A stretch of DNA of 64,000 nucleotides from Eggerthellaceae bacterium (GTDB taxonomy: Bacteria; Bacillota; Clostridia; Lachnospirales; Lachnospiraceae). Shown piece by piece: positions 31,533-41,931 of this stretch. The translations under genes were made by a program, and so were the position numbers. The DNA lies in NCBI GenBank assembly GCA_963598855.1, contig CAVBVT010000002.1:12580-76579 (forward strand), given 5' to 3'. The notes under the pieces are model-generated. The model worked only from the letters and a program-made list of their open reading frames with translations. It was not told the origin of the DNA and did no database searches. Each line of letters begins with the position of its first letter. The stretch's first letter is position 1.

Positions 31533-32702
31533 TTATTCGTTATAGTAACCGTAGATCGCACGGCTATCCTGTGCAATCGTGCTTTGTGCAGCAGAGGTAT
31601 CTTTTACATCCTGTGACATAAAGCAGATAACCAGATCAATTCCTTTGGCTGTATCATAGATGATTCCGGCATCGTTCTCTACAGTGGAAAGCTCGCCGGT
31701 CTTGTTGGCAACTTTTACGCCATCCGGCATCTGTGCAGGGATCTTATTCTGTCTTGTCTGCATTTTGAGAAGGTGGTACATATATTCTGCACCTGCAAGT
31801 GTGTCCTCTGTGGAAGTTCCTTTATCCTGCTGATAAATGGTCTTGAGGAATGTTCCGCAGTCTTTGACAGAAGTGTAATTATCGCCGTTGGAGTTGTCTG
31901 CAAGAAGGAGACGGCCCATGGACGTATTGGTATATCCGTGATCCTGACAGAATTTATTGACACGGGCCATTCCGGCAGAATCATCGCCGCTTCCCAGATA
32001 ATTTACAAGGGTATTTGCTGCATCGTTGTCACTGACTGTGATCATGGAATTCAGATTATCATCCAGTTTATCTTTGCCGTATGCAGTGGAAAGCTTGTCG
32101 TAGTCTTCGTATACAGCACCCATGATATAGAGCTTGATCAGGCTGGCTGCCTGCATCTGCTGATCATTGATAGCACCTTCGGTATTTTTTGCAAGGTTGC
32201 ATACATATACGGACCAGGTGCCGTTGTCTGTTGGAAGAAGAGACTGCACCTGATTCAGCACATTGTCCATGCTGGAATCAGAATTATCTGTAAAAGTATT
32301 GCTTCCGCTGGAAGGAGAAAGTGTACCTTCTTCCTGAGTGGAAGATGAGCTGTCTTTACTGTCAGCGGATTCCTGTTCCGTGGAATCAGAATCAGCAGAA
32401 TCCTGTGAATCGGAATCTGTGGAATCCTGTGCGGCAGAATCGGAAGCATCAGAGGAAGCCTGGGCATTTGCAGCAGCACTTGCAACAGTAGGGTCATCCG
32501 GATAAAGTGCATCCAGCTGATCCGCCTTACTGCTTAATTCAGCGGCAGAATCAGAGACTTCCTGAACATTTTCCTGCAGTTCATTTACTTTTGTCTGGAG
32601 AGATGCAAGCTTGTCCAGGGAACGGACATTCAGTGCACCGAGACCTACCAGTGCAATTACCAGCACTGCGATCACAATATACAGAAATGTATTTTTTTTC
32701 AT
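31533..32702 (-). CDS. Membrane-anchored serine hydrolase with class A beta-lactamase-like fold
   Basis: N-terminal TM, coiled coil and Ser/Asp-rich linker; SxxK (ASLIK), SDN, KTG motifs. Confidence 0.85.
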   Translation of the reverse strand: MKKNTFLYIVIAVLVIALVGLGALNVRSLDKLASLQTKVNELQENVQEVSDSAAELSSKADQLDALYPDDPTVASAAANAQASSDASDSAAQDSTDSDSQDSADSDSTEQESADSKDSSSSTQEEGTLSPSSGSNTFTDNSDSSMDNVLNQVQSLLPTDNGTWSVYVCNLAKNTEGAINDQQMQAASLIKLYIMGAVYEDYDKLSTAYGKDKLDDNLNSMITVSDNDAANTLVNYLGSGDDSAGMARVNKFCQDHGYTNTSMGRLLLADNSNGDNYTSVKDCGTFLKTIYQQDKGTSTEDTLAGAEYMYHLLKMQTRQNKIPAQMPDGVKVANKTGELSTVENDAGIIYDTAKGIDLVICFMSQDVKDTSAAQSTIAQDSRAIYGYYNE

Positions 32703-32720
32703 AAATAAGTAAACTCCTTT

Positions 32721-33728
32721 TTATTGAAAATAAGCATCAATTCCATTGGCAATTCCTTCAGCCATTGTCTGCTGGAAAGAGGAATCAGCCATTTTAAGAT
32801 CATCGTCCTGATTGGTCATGAATCCCATTTCCACGATCGTAACCGGTATGGTACTCCAGTTGATTCCTGTCATGGTATCTGTATAGATAATGCCGCGGTT
32901 CTGGAAACCGGTAGCTGCACAGTAGGAATCAAGGATGCATTTGGAAAGCCGGTTGGAACTGTCGTAAAGATTGGAAACATAAGGATTCTGCTGAGACGGG
33001 CACATGGTCAGTGCACCGGAAACACTGGAAGAGTCATCACCGTTGGCATGAACACGCACGCAGATCTCTGCGCCCTTGGATGCCACCAGTTCTGCACGTT
33101 CTTTATTACTGATCGCAGTATCGTTATCTGTTCTTGTCATGACAACCTGATAGCCGCGCTGTTCCAGGATATCCCTGAGAAGAAGGGAAACGTCAAGGTT
33201 CAGCTGATATTCAGGAAGGCCGCTGAAGGAACCGCTGGTTCCTGTGGAAGCTTTTGTTTTCATAGTAGAGGAGCCGGGGCCATTAGGCTCTTTGGCACTC
33301 ATATCAATATTGGAACCCTGGTGTCCTGGGTCAATGCCTACGATATGGCCGTTGGCAGCAGATGTGGTATTGGCATCTTCGCCGTCAACCTGACTGAAAA
33401 CAGAAGATTTGACAGTGTCTTGCGTATTCTCTGCTTCCGGTGCACGTTCATGTTCTCCGGTATTGCTTTTGACAGCTTTCTCTGTCTGAGATCTCTGCTG
33501 CAGGTATTTGTCGGTTGCCTGTTTCTTCTCGATCTTTGCTGTATAAAGTTCAATGTCTTCTTTTAGGGCTTTCTGCTTTTGCTTAACAGGATCGATCACA
33601 GATGCCATTTTCTGGTCAACGGCATCGATCTTCTGGTAAGTTTTATAGCTGAGGCCGAAAAGCAGTCCAATACAGATAAGACCCGTCAAAAACAGGACGA
33701 TCGCCATCAGATGGGGCTTTTTTTCCAT
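32721..33728 (-). CDS. N-acetylmuramoyl-L-alanine amidase (Amidase_3), membrane-anchored
   Basis: IDPGHQG, E..LNL, VVMTRT, VHAN, IVEMGFMTN; start placed at ATG 33728 after AAAGGA. Confidence 0.9.
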   Translation of the reverse strand: MEKKPHLMAIVLFLTGLICIGLLFGLSYKTYQKIDAVDQKMASVIDPVKQKQKALKEDIELYTAKIEKKQATDKYLQQRSQTEKAVKSNTGEHERAPEAENTQDTVKSSVFSQVDGEDANTTSAANGHIVGIDPGHQGSNIDMSAKEPNGPGSSTMKTKASTGTSGSFSGLPEYQLNLDVSLLLRDILEQRGYQVVMTRTDNDTAISNKERAELVASKGAEICVRVHANGDDSSSVSGALTMCPSQQNPYVSNLYDSSNRLSKCILDSYCAATGFQNRGIIYTDTMTGINWSTIPVTIVEMGFMTNQDDDLKMADSSFQQTMAEGIANGIDAYFQ

Positions 33729-33910
33729 AAGATCATGTCCTTTCTGGGTGGGTATTTTGTATTTGTAAATATTATAAAGAAGGAGTCTGGAAAAAGCAAT
33801 TGCGAAATCATGCAAAGCAGGATTTCTACGTATCGCGAAGCGTGTTTCCGGGCATGGAATGAACCGAAACTTTTTGAGAAAAATTCCTTCGTTTTTTTAC
33901 CCGAAATGTA

Positions 33911-33938
33911 TTGACAAATTCATGTACTATGATATAAT
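33911..33938 (+). promoter_or_regulatory. Sigma-A promoter of cysK
   Basis: TTGACA-16 nt-TATAAT with extended TG. Confidence 0.7.
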
Positions 33939-34014
33939 TCAATCAAATCACAGAAAACATATATAGTTACTAGGAAATAAGGAAATAGAGATAAGGATCA
34001 AGGAGGATATCATC

Positions 34015-34947
34015 ATGGGTAAAATTTACGGAAGCGCACTGGAACTGATCGGAAATACACCAATCGTAGAGGTTAAGAACGTAGAGCAGTCTGAAGGACT
34101 TGAGGCTACAGTACTTGTTAAGCTCGAGTATTTTAACCCGGCAGGAAGCGTTAAGGACAGAATCGGTAAGGCAATGATCGAGGATGCAGAGCAGAGAGGC
34201 GTTCTGAAACCAGGTGCAACTATCATCGAGCCAACATCCGGAAACACAGGAATCGGACTTGCAGCAATCGCAGCTGCCAAGGGATATAAGACAATCCTTA
34301 CTATGCCGGAGACCATGAGTGTTGAGAGAAGAAATATCCTGAAAGCATATGGAGCAGAAGTAGTTCTTACAGACGGAGCGAAGGGAATGAAGGGAGCCAT
34401 TGCCAAGGCAGAAGAACTTGCAAAAGAGATCCCGGGAAGCTTTATCCCAGGACAGTTCGAGAACCCGGCTAACCCGAAGGCACATGCAGCAACAACTGGC
34501 CCGGAGATCTGGAATGACACAGACGGTAAGGTAGATATCTTCGTAGCTGGTGTTGGTACAGGCGGAACTATCACAGGAACAGGTGAGTACCTGAAGAGCC
34601 AGAACCCGAACGTGAAGGTCGTTGCAGTTGAGCCGGCTACATCTCCGGTACTTTCCGAAGGAAAAGCAGGCTCGCATAAGATCCAGGGTATCGGCGCAGG
34701 TTTCGTTCCGGAAACACTTGATACAAAAGTTTACGATGAGATCATCCCGGTAGAGAATGAGGACGCATTCGAGACATCCAAACTCCTTACCAAGAAAGAG
34801 GGTATCCTTACAGGTATTTCTTCCGGTGCAGCTCTCTATGCAGCAATCCAGCTTGCTAAACGCCCGGAGAACAAGGGTAAAGTGATCGTAGCTCTTCTCC
34901 CGGACAGCGGAGACCGTTACTACTCTACACCACTGTTTACTAAATAA
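34015..34947 (+). CDS. cysK: Cysteine synthase A
   Basis: [14 protein letters not shown] (PLP Lys), [25 protein letters not shown]. Confidence 0.97.
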   Translation: MGKIYGSALELIGNTPIVEVKNVEQSEGLEATVLVKLEYFNPAGSVKDRIGKAMIEDAEQRGVLKPGATIIEPTSGNTGIGLAAIAAAKGYKTILTMPETMSVERRNILKAYGAEVVLTDGAKGMKGAIAKAEELAKEIPGSFIPGQFENPANPKAHAATTGPEIWNDTDGKVDIFVAGVGTGGTITGTGEYLKSQNPNVKVVAVEPATSPVLSEGKAGSHKIQGIGAGFVPETLDTKVYDEIIPVENEDAFETSKLLTKKEGILTGISSGAALYAAIQLAKRPENKGKVIVALLPDSGDRYYSTPLFTK

Positions 34948-35297
34948 TGATTATTGTTGTTTACAGCAATAAATAAAGAAATCTGGCACATCGCAGATGT
35001 GGTGTGCCAGTCTGCGGAATATGTGTTTTCTTTTGCCCCCGAATCAGAATTCCGCAGGTAATCTGTGAGGCGCTCCTGAATGCCTGTCCAAGCAGGCTGT
35101 CGGAGCGTCATTTTAGTTATGGATAACAAGTTTGTTTTCGTTGTATGTCAGACTTTTTTAGGGTATAATGAATATAACGTATAAAACCTACTGACAATAG
35201 GGAGAATATGTAGAGTAAATGTTGTTTTTGTGCAATATACAGAAATACGAAATAAACCAGAATAATCAGTTATGAAAATATTGGAGGTAAATTTTAC

Positions 35298-35732
35298 ATG
35301 AGGATTTCTACAAGAGGAAGATACGCGGTCAGGCTGATGCTGGATCTTGCTACGAATTATACTGGCAAGCCGATCCGCCTGAAGGATGTGGCCAAACGCC
35401 AGGAGATTTCAGATAAATATCTGGAGCAGATCATTTCCATTCTGAACAAGGCCGGTTTCGTCCGCAGCGTCCGCGGACCACAGGGCGGCTACGCACTGCA
35501 GCAGACACCGGATAAATATACAATCGGAATGATCTTACGTCTCACAGAAGGAAGCCTTGCTCCAGTGGAATGCCTGGACGACAACGGAGCCATCTGTGAC
35601 CGGGAGGAGAACTGTGTAACACAGATCCTCTGGAAAAAACTGGACGATGCCATTAAAGATGTTGTGGATAATATCACGCTGGAAGACCTGATGAACTGGC
35701 AGGCCGTGAAGGCGGATGAATACATTATTTAA
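35298..35732 (+). CDS. Rrf2 family regulator (IscR/CymR-like, three C-terminal Cys)
   Basis: MRISTRGRYA, YLEQI, SVRGPQGGY, C-x7-C-x5-C. Confidence 0.93.
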   Translation: MRISTRGRYAVRLMLDLATNYTGKPIRLKDVAKRQEISDKYLEQIISILNKAGFVRSVRGPQGGYALQQTPDKYTIGMILRLTEGSLAPVECLDDNGAICDREENCVTQILWKKLDDAIKDVVDNITLEDLMNWQAVKADEYII

Positions 35733-35759
35733 AAAAAGCTGCGCGAGCAGCTTTTTTTA
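35733..35759 (+). terminator. Intrinsic terminator
   Basis: AAAAAGCTGC-GCGA-GCAGCTTTTTT. Confidence 0.8.
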
Positions 35760-35760
35760 T

Positions 35761-35816
35761 TTTACTAAGATTTTACAAAACCGCGATTTTATATTTTACC
35801 TTCCATTTCTATAATA
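35761..35816 (+). promoter_or_regulatory. Pho-box-like direct repeats and -10 of the pst operon
   Basis: TTTACT (35761) and TTTACA (35772) at 11-bp spacing, TTTACC (35795), TATAAT (35811). Confidence 0.6.
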
Positions 35817-35878
35817 ACACCTGTACTTAAGCAGTAAGCAAACAAAAAAATGATCATAGAAAATGAGGAGAAAAAGAC

Positions 35879-36742
35879 ATGAAAAAAAGAATCGCAGGTA
35901 TCTTAACAGCAGCACTTATCGGAACTACAGTAATGGGCACAGTTGTAATGGCAGCACCATCCGGAGCAATCGACGTAATCTCCCGTGAGGACGGATCTGG
36001 AACAAGAGGCGCATTCGTAGAACTGTTCGGAATCGAAGAAGAAAAAGACGGCGAGAAAGTAGATATGACAACACAGGAAGCAAGCATCACAAACAACACA
36101 GATGTAATGCTTACCACAGTAGCTGGCGATGAGAACTCCATCGGATACGTATCCTTAGGTTCCCTCAACGACACAGTAAAAGCTGTAAAGATCGACGGCG
36201 CAGAAGCAACAGCAGAGAACGTTGCAGATGATACATACAAAGTAGCACGTCCGTTTAACATTGTAACAGGCGACAAATTAAGTGATGCAGCACAGGATTT
36301 CATCAACTACATCATGAGTTCTGACGGACAGGACATCATCGAAAAAGAAGGATACATCAAAGTAGATGACAAAGCAGAGGCATACAAAGCAGGCGATGCA
36401 AAAGGTAAAGTCGTAGTTATGGGATCTTCTTCCGTAGGCCCTGTAATGGAGAAACTTGCAGAAGCATATCAGAAAACAAACAAAGACATCACAGTAGAGG
36501 TTCAGGTCAGCGATTCCACAACAGGAATCAACAGCGCAACAGAGGGTGTATGCGATATCGGAATGGCATCCCGTGATCTGAAAGACGAAGAGACAGCAAA
36601 AGGTGTTAAGTCTGAAGCAATCGCAAGAGATGGTATCGCAGTGATCGTAAACAATGGAAATGATCTTGAAGAGCTCTCAAGTGATCAGGTAAAATCCATC
36701 TTCACAGGCGACATCACAGACTGGGAAGACGTTACAAAATAA
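35879..36742 (+). CDS. pstS: Phosphate ABC transporter substrate-binding protein
   Basis: SREDGSGTRGAF, IGYVS, GSSSV, DIGMASR; first gene of the pst operon. Confidence 0.9.
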   Translation: MKKRIAGILTAALIGTTVMGTVVMAAPSGAIDVISREDGSGTRGAFVELFGIEEEKDGEKVDMTTQEASITNNTDVMLTTVAGDENSIGYVSLGSLNDTVKAVKIDGAEATAENVADDTYKVARPFNIVTGDKLSDAAQDFINYIMSSDGQDIIEKEGYIKVDDKAEAYKAGDAKGKVVVMGSSSVGPVMEKLAEAYQKTNKDITVEVQVSDSTTGINSATEGVCDIGMASRDLKDEETAKGVKSEAIARDGIAVIVNNGNDLEELSSDQVKSIFTGDITDWEDVTK

Positions 36743-36858
36743 ACCGTCAGTAAACCGTTTCTGAATCTGAAAAAAAGAAAGTACACAAAAGAGCGGCGAT
36801 CGTGACCAGATAGCCGCTCTCATTAGAAATTAACAGGAATCAAAAGGAAAGGTGTTTT

Positions 36859-37716
36859 ATGAATCATTTAGGAGAAAAGGCCATGAAGATCGTATTCCTC
36901 ATTGCAGCCTGCGCATCAGTGCTCGCAGTATTTCTTATCTGCGTGTTCCTTTTTGCAAACGGCCTTCCGGCAATGGGAAAGATCGGTCCACTGAAATTCC
37001 TTCTTGGAACAGAATGGCGGCCAACAAACGATAAATTCGGAATCCTGCCAATGATCGTGGCAAGTATTTATGTAACAGCAGGAGCCATCCTCATCGGAGT
37101 GCCGATCGCGCTTTTTACATCCGTGTTCATGGCAAGATATTGCCCGAAAAAAATCTACAAACCGCTGAAATCAGGAATTGAGCTGATGGCAGGTGTTCCA
37201 TCCATCGTATATGGCTATTTTGGCCTGGTTCTCCTTGTACCGCTGATCCGTCAGCTGTTCGGAGGAACCGGAAGCAGTATGCTCGCAGCATGTATCCTCC
37301 TTGGGATCATGATCCTTCCAACCATTATCGGAGTCACCGAATCCGCAGTAAGAAGTGTCCCTGAGAGCTACTATGAAGGTTCTCTTGCACTTGGCGCAAC
37401 AAAAGAGCGCAGCATTTTCTTTGTTATGCTTCCGGCAGCAAAATCCGGAATCCTGGCAGGAATCGTTCTTGGAATCGGCCGCGCTATCGGTGAGACCATG
37501 GCAGTTATCATGGTAGCCGGAAACCAGCCGCGAATGCCAAAAGGACTTCTCCAGGGTGTCCGTACCATGACAGCAAACATTGTAACAGAGATGGGATATG
37601 CATCAGGTCTTCACAGAGAAGCACTGATCGCAACAGGAGTTGTACTCTTTGTATTTATCCTTATCATCAACTTAAGTCTTTCACTGCTGAACAGGAGGGC
37701 GGAACATGCAAACTAA
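36859..37716 (+). CDS. pstC: Phosphate ABC transporter permease
   Basis: AGVPSIVYG, GRAIGETMAVIMVAGN. Confidence 0.95.
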   Translation: MNHLGEKAMKIVFLIAACASVLAVFLICVFLFANGLPAMGKIGPLKFLLGTEWRPTNDKFGILPMIVASIYVTAGAILIGVPIALFTSVFMARYCPKKIYKPLKSGIELMAGVPSIVYGYFGLVLLVPLIRQLFGGTGSSMLAACILLGIMILPTIIGVTESAVRSVPESYYEGSLALGATKERSIFFVMLPAAKSGILAGIVLGIGRAIGETMAVIMVAGNQPRMPKGLLQGVRTMTANIVTEMGYASGLHREALIATGVVLFVFILIINLSLSLLNRRAEHAN

Positions 37717-38620
37717 CGTATCTGTAGCCGCAGATCCTGCGGCAGAAACAACTATGAAAAAAAGAAATACACTTACCCTGAAAGATCAGCTGAAATCCTA
37801 CATCAGCCACCCGGGCGCAGGAATCCTGGCATTCCTCACATTGCTCGGTGCGCTGCTCACTTTTTCCCTGCTGTTCTTCCTCATCGGCTATGTGCTGGTA
37901 AAAGGTATCCCCTATCTTAACGCCAGCCTGTTCAGCCTGACCTACACATCAGAGAATGTTTCCCTGCTTCCGTCACTGATCAATACCCTGATCATGACAG
38001 TGGTAGCTCTGGCAATTGCCGCTCCGGTAGGAATTTTTGCAGCGATCTTTCTTGTAGAATATGCAAAAAAAGGCAGCCGCTTTGTAAAACTGATCCGTAT
38101 CACAGCAGAAACGCTTTCCGGTATTCCCTCTATTGTTTACGGTCTGTTCGGTATGCTGTTCTTTGTAACTGCGCTGCATTGGGGAATGTCCCTTCTCTCC
38201 GGTGCGCTGACTATGGTTATCATGGTACTTCCGCTGATCATGCGTACTTCTGAGGAAGCACTGAAATCCGTTCCAGATTCTTACCGCGAGGCAAGCTTCG
38301 GACTTGGTGCGGGCAAGCTTCGTACTATTTTTACCATCGTACTTCCTTCCGCTGTCCCGGGAATCCTGGCAGGTGTGATCTTGGCCATTGGCCGTGTTGT
38401 TGGTGAGACAGCAGCACTTCTTTATACATCCGGTACGGTTGCGGCAGTTCCAAACAGCCTGATGGGTTCCGGACGAACACTGGCCCTTCATATGTATGTG
38501 CTCTCCAGTGAAGGACTCCACGTAAACCAGGCATCTGCAACAGCAGTAGTTATTCTGGCATTTGTACTTGTAATTAACGGCCTGTCCGGAATGGTAGCCA
38601 GAAAAATCGCGAAAGGATAA
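37706..38620 (+). CDS. pstA: Phosphate ABC transporter permease
   Basis: [23 protein letters not shown]. Confidence 0.95.
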   Translation: MQTNVSVAADPAAETTMKKRNTLTLKDQLKSYISHPGAGILAFLTLLGALLTFSLLFFLIGYVLVKGIPYLNASLFSLTYTSENVSLLPSLINTLIMTVVALAIAAPVGIFAAIFLVEYAKKGSRFVKLIRITAETLSGIPSIVYGLFGMLFFVTALHWGMSLLSGALTMVIMVLPLIMRTSEEALKSVPDSYREASFGLGAGKLRTIFTIVLPSAVPGILAGVILAIGRVVGETAALLYTSGTVAAVPNSLMGSGRTLALHMYVLSSEGLHVNQASATAVVILAFVLVINGLSGMVARKIAKG

Positions 38621-38625
38621 GGATC

Positions 38626-39384
38626 ATGAGTGAAAATACAAAAATTCTGATAGACAATATGAATCTCCATTACGGAAATTTCCATGCGCTGAAAGGCATC
38701 AACATGGAAATCCCGGAAAAAGAGATCACAGCATTTATCGGGCCCAGCGGCTGCGGTAAATCCACACTTCTGAAATCATTAAACCGTATGAACGACCTTG
38801 TAGAAGGTTGTACCATCACTGGAAAAGTAGAGCTTGACGGCGAAGATATTTACGGGGATATGGATGTGAACGTTTTGCGTAAGCGCGTAGGAATGGTATT
38901 CCAGAAGCCAAATCCGTTCCCGATGAGCATTTACGACAACATTGCATACGGACCAAGAACACACGGCATCCGTTCCAAGTCGAAGCTGGATGAGATCGTA
39001 GAAAAATCTCTCCGTGATGCAGCTATCTGGGACGAAGTTAAGGATCGCCTGAAAAAAAGTGCGCTCGGCATGTCCGGCGGCCAGCAGCAGAGACTCTGTA
39101 TCGCCCGTGCCCTGGCCGTTCAGCCGGAAGTACTTCTGATGGATGAGCCAACATCTGCACTTGATCCGATTTCCACTTCTAAAATCGAGGATTTAGCGGT
39201 AGAATTAAAAAAAGATTATACCATTGTCATGGTAACACATAACATGCAGCAGGCAACCCGTATTTCGGATAAGACCGCTTTCTTCCTGCTTGGTGAAGTA
39301 GTGGAATTTGCAGACACAGACAAGCTGTTCTCCATGCCGGCAGACAAGCGTACCGAGGATTATATTACAGGAAGGTTTGGTTGA
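38626..39384 (+). CDS. pstB: Phosphate ABC transporter ATPase
   Basis: [44 protein letters not shown]. Confidence 0.97.
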   Translation: MSENTKILIDNMNLHYGNFHALKGINMEIPEKEITAFIGPSGCGKSTLLKSLNRMNDLVEGCTITGKVELDGEDIYGDMDVNVLRKRVGMVFQKPNPFPMSIYDNIAYGPRTHGIRSKSKLDEIVEKSLRDAAIWDEVKDRLKKSALGMSGGQQQRLCIARALAVQPEVLLMDEPTSALDPISTSKIEDLAVELKKDYTIVMVTHNMQQATRISDKTAFFLLGEVVEFADTDKLFSMPADKRTEDYITGRFG

Positions 39385-39388
39385 TATT

Positions 39389-40075
39389 ATGTCAGAACGT
39401 TTTGTAAGACAGCTGGAAGAGCTGCATGTAGAGCTGATCACAATGGGAAGTCTCTGCGAGAAAGCGATTTCGCTTTCTTCCAGGGCGATCCAGGGTGAAG
39501 GAGGAATCACACTTATCGGAAAGATCTTTGACACAGAGAAGGAGATTGATACCCAGGAAAGAGAGATCGAGAATCTCTGCATGAAGCTTCTTCTTCATGA
39601 GCATCCGGTTGCAGGTGACTTAAGATCCATTTCCGCAGCACTGAAGATGATCTCGGATATGGAACGTATTGGAGACCAGGCAGCGGATATTGCGGATCTT
39701 TCCAAGCATATCGAGACACAGGCTGTAAGCGGTGATGTGATCAACATCCGGAAGATGGCGGAGGATACTGTCCGTATGGTAACAGAGAGCATAGATGCCT
39801 TTGTAAAAGGAGATCTGGAACTCTGCAGACAGGTGATCGCAGACGATGACAAGGTAGATAAGGCATTTAATGAGATCAAGGAAAAGCTTGCCGAAGTTTT
39901 AAGCACCGGAAATCCCAATGCCAGAGTTGGCCTGGATATCCTTATGGCTGCGAAATATTTCGAGCGTATCGGTGATCATGCAGTAAACATTGCAGAGTGG
40001 GTGGAATATTCCATCACAGGAACCCACAGAAGCACTGCCAGTCACACAGACAATTATCTTATCGGGGAAGAATAA
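39389..40075 (+). CDS. phoU: Phosphate signalling protein PhoU
   Basis: Two PhoU repeats: DMERIGDQAADIA and YFERIGDHAVNIAE. Confidence 0.95.
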   Translation: MSERFVRQLEELHVELITMGSLCEKAISLSSRAIQGEGGITLIGKIFDTEKEIDTQEREIENLCMKLLLHEHPVAGDLRSISAALKMISDMERIGDQAADIADLSKHIETQAVSGDVINIRKMAEDTVRMVTESIDAFVKGDLELCRQVIADDDKVDKAFNEIKEKLAEVLSTGNPNARVGLDILMAAKYFERIGDHAVNIAEWVEYSITGTHRSTASHTDNYLIGEE

Positions 40076-40077
40076 TT

Positions 40078-41763
40078 TTGGGAAAAAAAATCTTCAAATA
40101 TATTATGCTGGTCTCAACTGTGGTTACAGTACTGGGACTGGCATTTGTTATTGGAATTTTATATCACTCTTTTCAGAAGCAGCTGCTTGGTGAACTGAAA
40201 AATGAAGCTGTATATATTGCAAAAGGTGTGGAAAATTCGGGAACAGATTATCTGGAAGACCTCAATAACCTGGATTCCAGGATCACCTATGTGGATAAAA
40301 GTGGAAAAGTCATCTATGATAACGAGGCTGCTGTGGAAACCATGGAGAATCATAACCACAGGAAAGAAATTCGCGAGGCAGAGATCAACGGAGAAGGCGA
40401 AGACACGAGAATGTCGTCTACGCTTTCCGAAAAGACAATATATTATGCCCTGCGTCTTGACAACGGAAATGTGATCCGTATTTCCAGCACACAGGAATCA
40501 GCTTTATATCTTCTGGGACAGCTGGTGCCGCCTTTGCTGGGGGTACTGTTTCTTATGCTTATCCTGTCAGCAGTGTTTGCGTCCAGGCTCGCCGGGAAGG
40601 TGATAGAACCTCTTAATAATCTTGATCTGGATCATCCGGAGAAGAATCGTGTATACGAAGAAGTGGAACCTCTTCTCAGCAGGATCTACCGTCAGAACCG
40701 TCAGATCCGCCTGCAGCTGGAAGCAGCCAGAAGACAGCAGAAGGAATTTTCCATTATCACAGAGAATATGCAGGAAGGCCTTCTGGTGATCGACCGCTAC
40801 ACAATGGTTCTTTCCTGCAACACCAGTGTGGGAAAACTCCTCAAGGTAAACGATGTGAAAACTGGTGAGAGTGTATATTCCCTGAACCGTTCCGGTGAAT
40901 TCCGGGAGGTTGTAGGACAGGTTCTGGAAGGCAATCATGTGGATAAAGTCCTTCGTCTGGATGGAAGAGATATCCAGGTGATCGCAAATCCTGTCACAAG
41001 GGAAAACAATACAGAAGGTGCAGTGCTCCTCCTGGTTGATGTGACCGAAAAAGTAGAACGGGAACAGCTTCGAAGAGAATTTTCCGCAAATGTTTCCCAC
41101 GAACTGAAAACGCCTCTTACTTCCATTTCCGGTTTTGCTGAGATCATGCAGAGCGGATTTGTAAAGGAAGAGGACATAAAAGTTTTTGCAGGGCGGATCT
41201 ACAGAGAAGCCCAGCGTCTGATTCGTCTGGTAGGAGATGTGATCCGTATTTCCCGTCTGGATGAAGGCGGCCTTCCTTACCAGTGGGAAAAACTGGATCT
41301 GTACAGTCTGGTTCACGATATTTTTTCCACGCTTCATGACGCAGCCGAGAAGCAGGAAGTCCATATGTATATGGAAGGCGGAAGTATGACTCTGGATACA
41401 GTACCTACAGTCATGGAAGAAGTGATCTATAATGTCTGTGACAATGCCATTAAATACAATCACCGCGGCGGCGAAGTGTCTGTCCGGCTGAAGGACGGCG
41501 GGGATGTTGTCCGTGTGATTGTAAAAGATACAGGAATCGGTATTCCGAAAGAAGATCAGGAACGTATTTTTGAACGCTTCTACAGAGTGGACAAAAGCCA
41601 TTCCAAGGAAATCGGAGGAACCGGACTGGGGCTTTCTATTGTAAAACATGGAGTAAGTACTCTTGACGGCAGGCTGTGGCTTACAAGCGAGCCGGGGCAG
41701 GGAACGGAGATCACCATGGAATTTCCGAAACATCATACAGAGAAAGAAGCAGCAGCGGAATAA
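40078..41763 (+). CDS. phoR: PAS-domain sensor histidine kinase (PhoR-like)
   Basis: Two TM helices; EFSANVSHELKTPLTSI, DNAIKYN, DTGIGI, FYRVDKS, GGTGLGL; probable TTG start. Confidence 0.85.
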   Translation: MGKKIFKYIMLVSTVVTVLGLAFVIGILYHSFQKQLLGELKNEAVYIAKGVENSGTDYLEDLNNLDSRITYVDKSGKVIYDNEAAVETMENHNHRKEIREAEINGEGEDTRMSSTLSEKTIYYALRLDNGNVIRISSTQESALYLLGQLVPPLLGVLFLMLILSAVFASRLAGKVIEPLNNLDLDHPEKNRVYEEVEPLLSRIYRQNRQIRLQLEAARRQQKEFSIITENMQEGLLVIDRYTMVLSCNTSVGKLLKVNDVKTGESVYSLNRSGEFREVVGQVLEGNHVDKVLRLDGRDIQVIANPVTRENNTEGAVLLLVDVTEKVEREQLRREFSANVSHELKTPLTSISGFAEIMQSGFVKEEDIKVFAGRIYREAQRLIRLVGDVIRISRLDEGGLPYQWEKLDLYSLVHDIFSTLHDAAEKQEVHMYMEGGSMTLDTVPTVMEEVIYNVCDNAIKYNHRGGEVSVRLKDGGDVVRVIVKDTGIGIPKEDQERIFERFYRVDKSHSKEIGGTGLGLSIVKHGVSTLDGRLWLTSEPGQGTEITMEFPKHHTEKEAAAE

Positions 41764-41844
41764 ACAAAACGCCGCTGCTTCTTTTCTATTCACTGTACTG
41801 GTTTGACAGAGGGAAACAAGTGTGCTATCTTAAGTGATAATCTG

Positions 41845-41871
41845 GTTGCTGTGAACGGAGTGAGCAGTAAC
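41845..41871. repeat. Repeat family A, copy 2
   Basis: GTTGCTGTGAACGGAGTGAGCAGTAAC. Confidence 0.65.
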
Positions 41872-41931
41872 ATAATCTGAGAGTTCAGAAGCCTTACTGA
41901 GGTGTTGGGTTAAATTGAGGGGAATAAAATT

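Noticed and set aside
31533..32702. Possible acquired beta-lactamase
   Set aside because: Membrane-anchored with a long linker, no recognisable class A omega-loop ExxLN, sits beside an amidase and has no mobile context; more likely a wall enzyme
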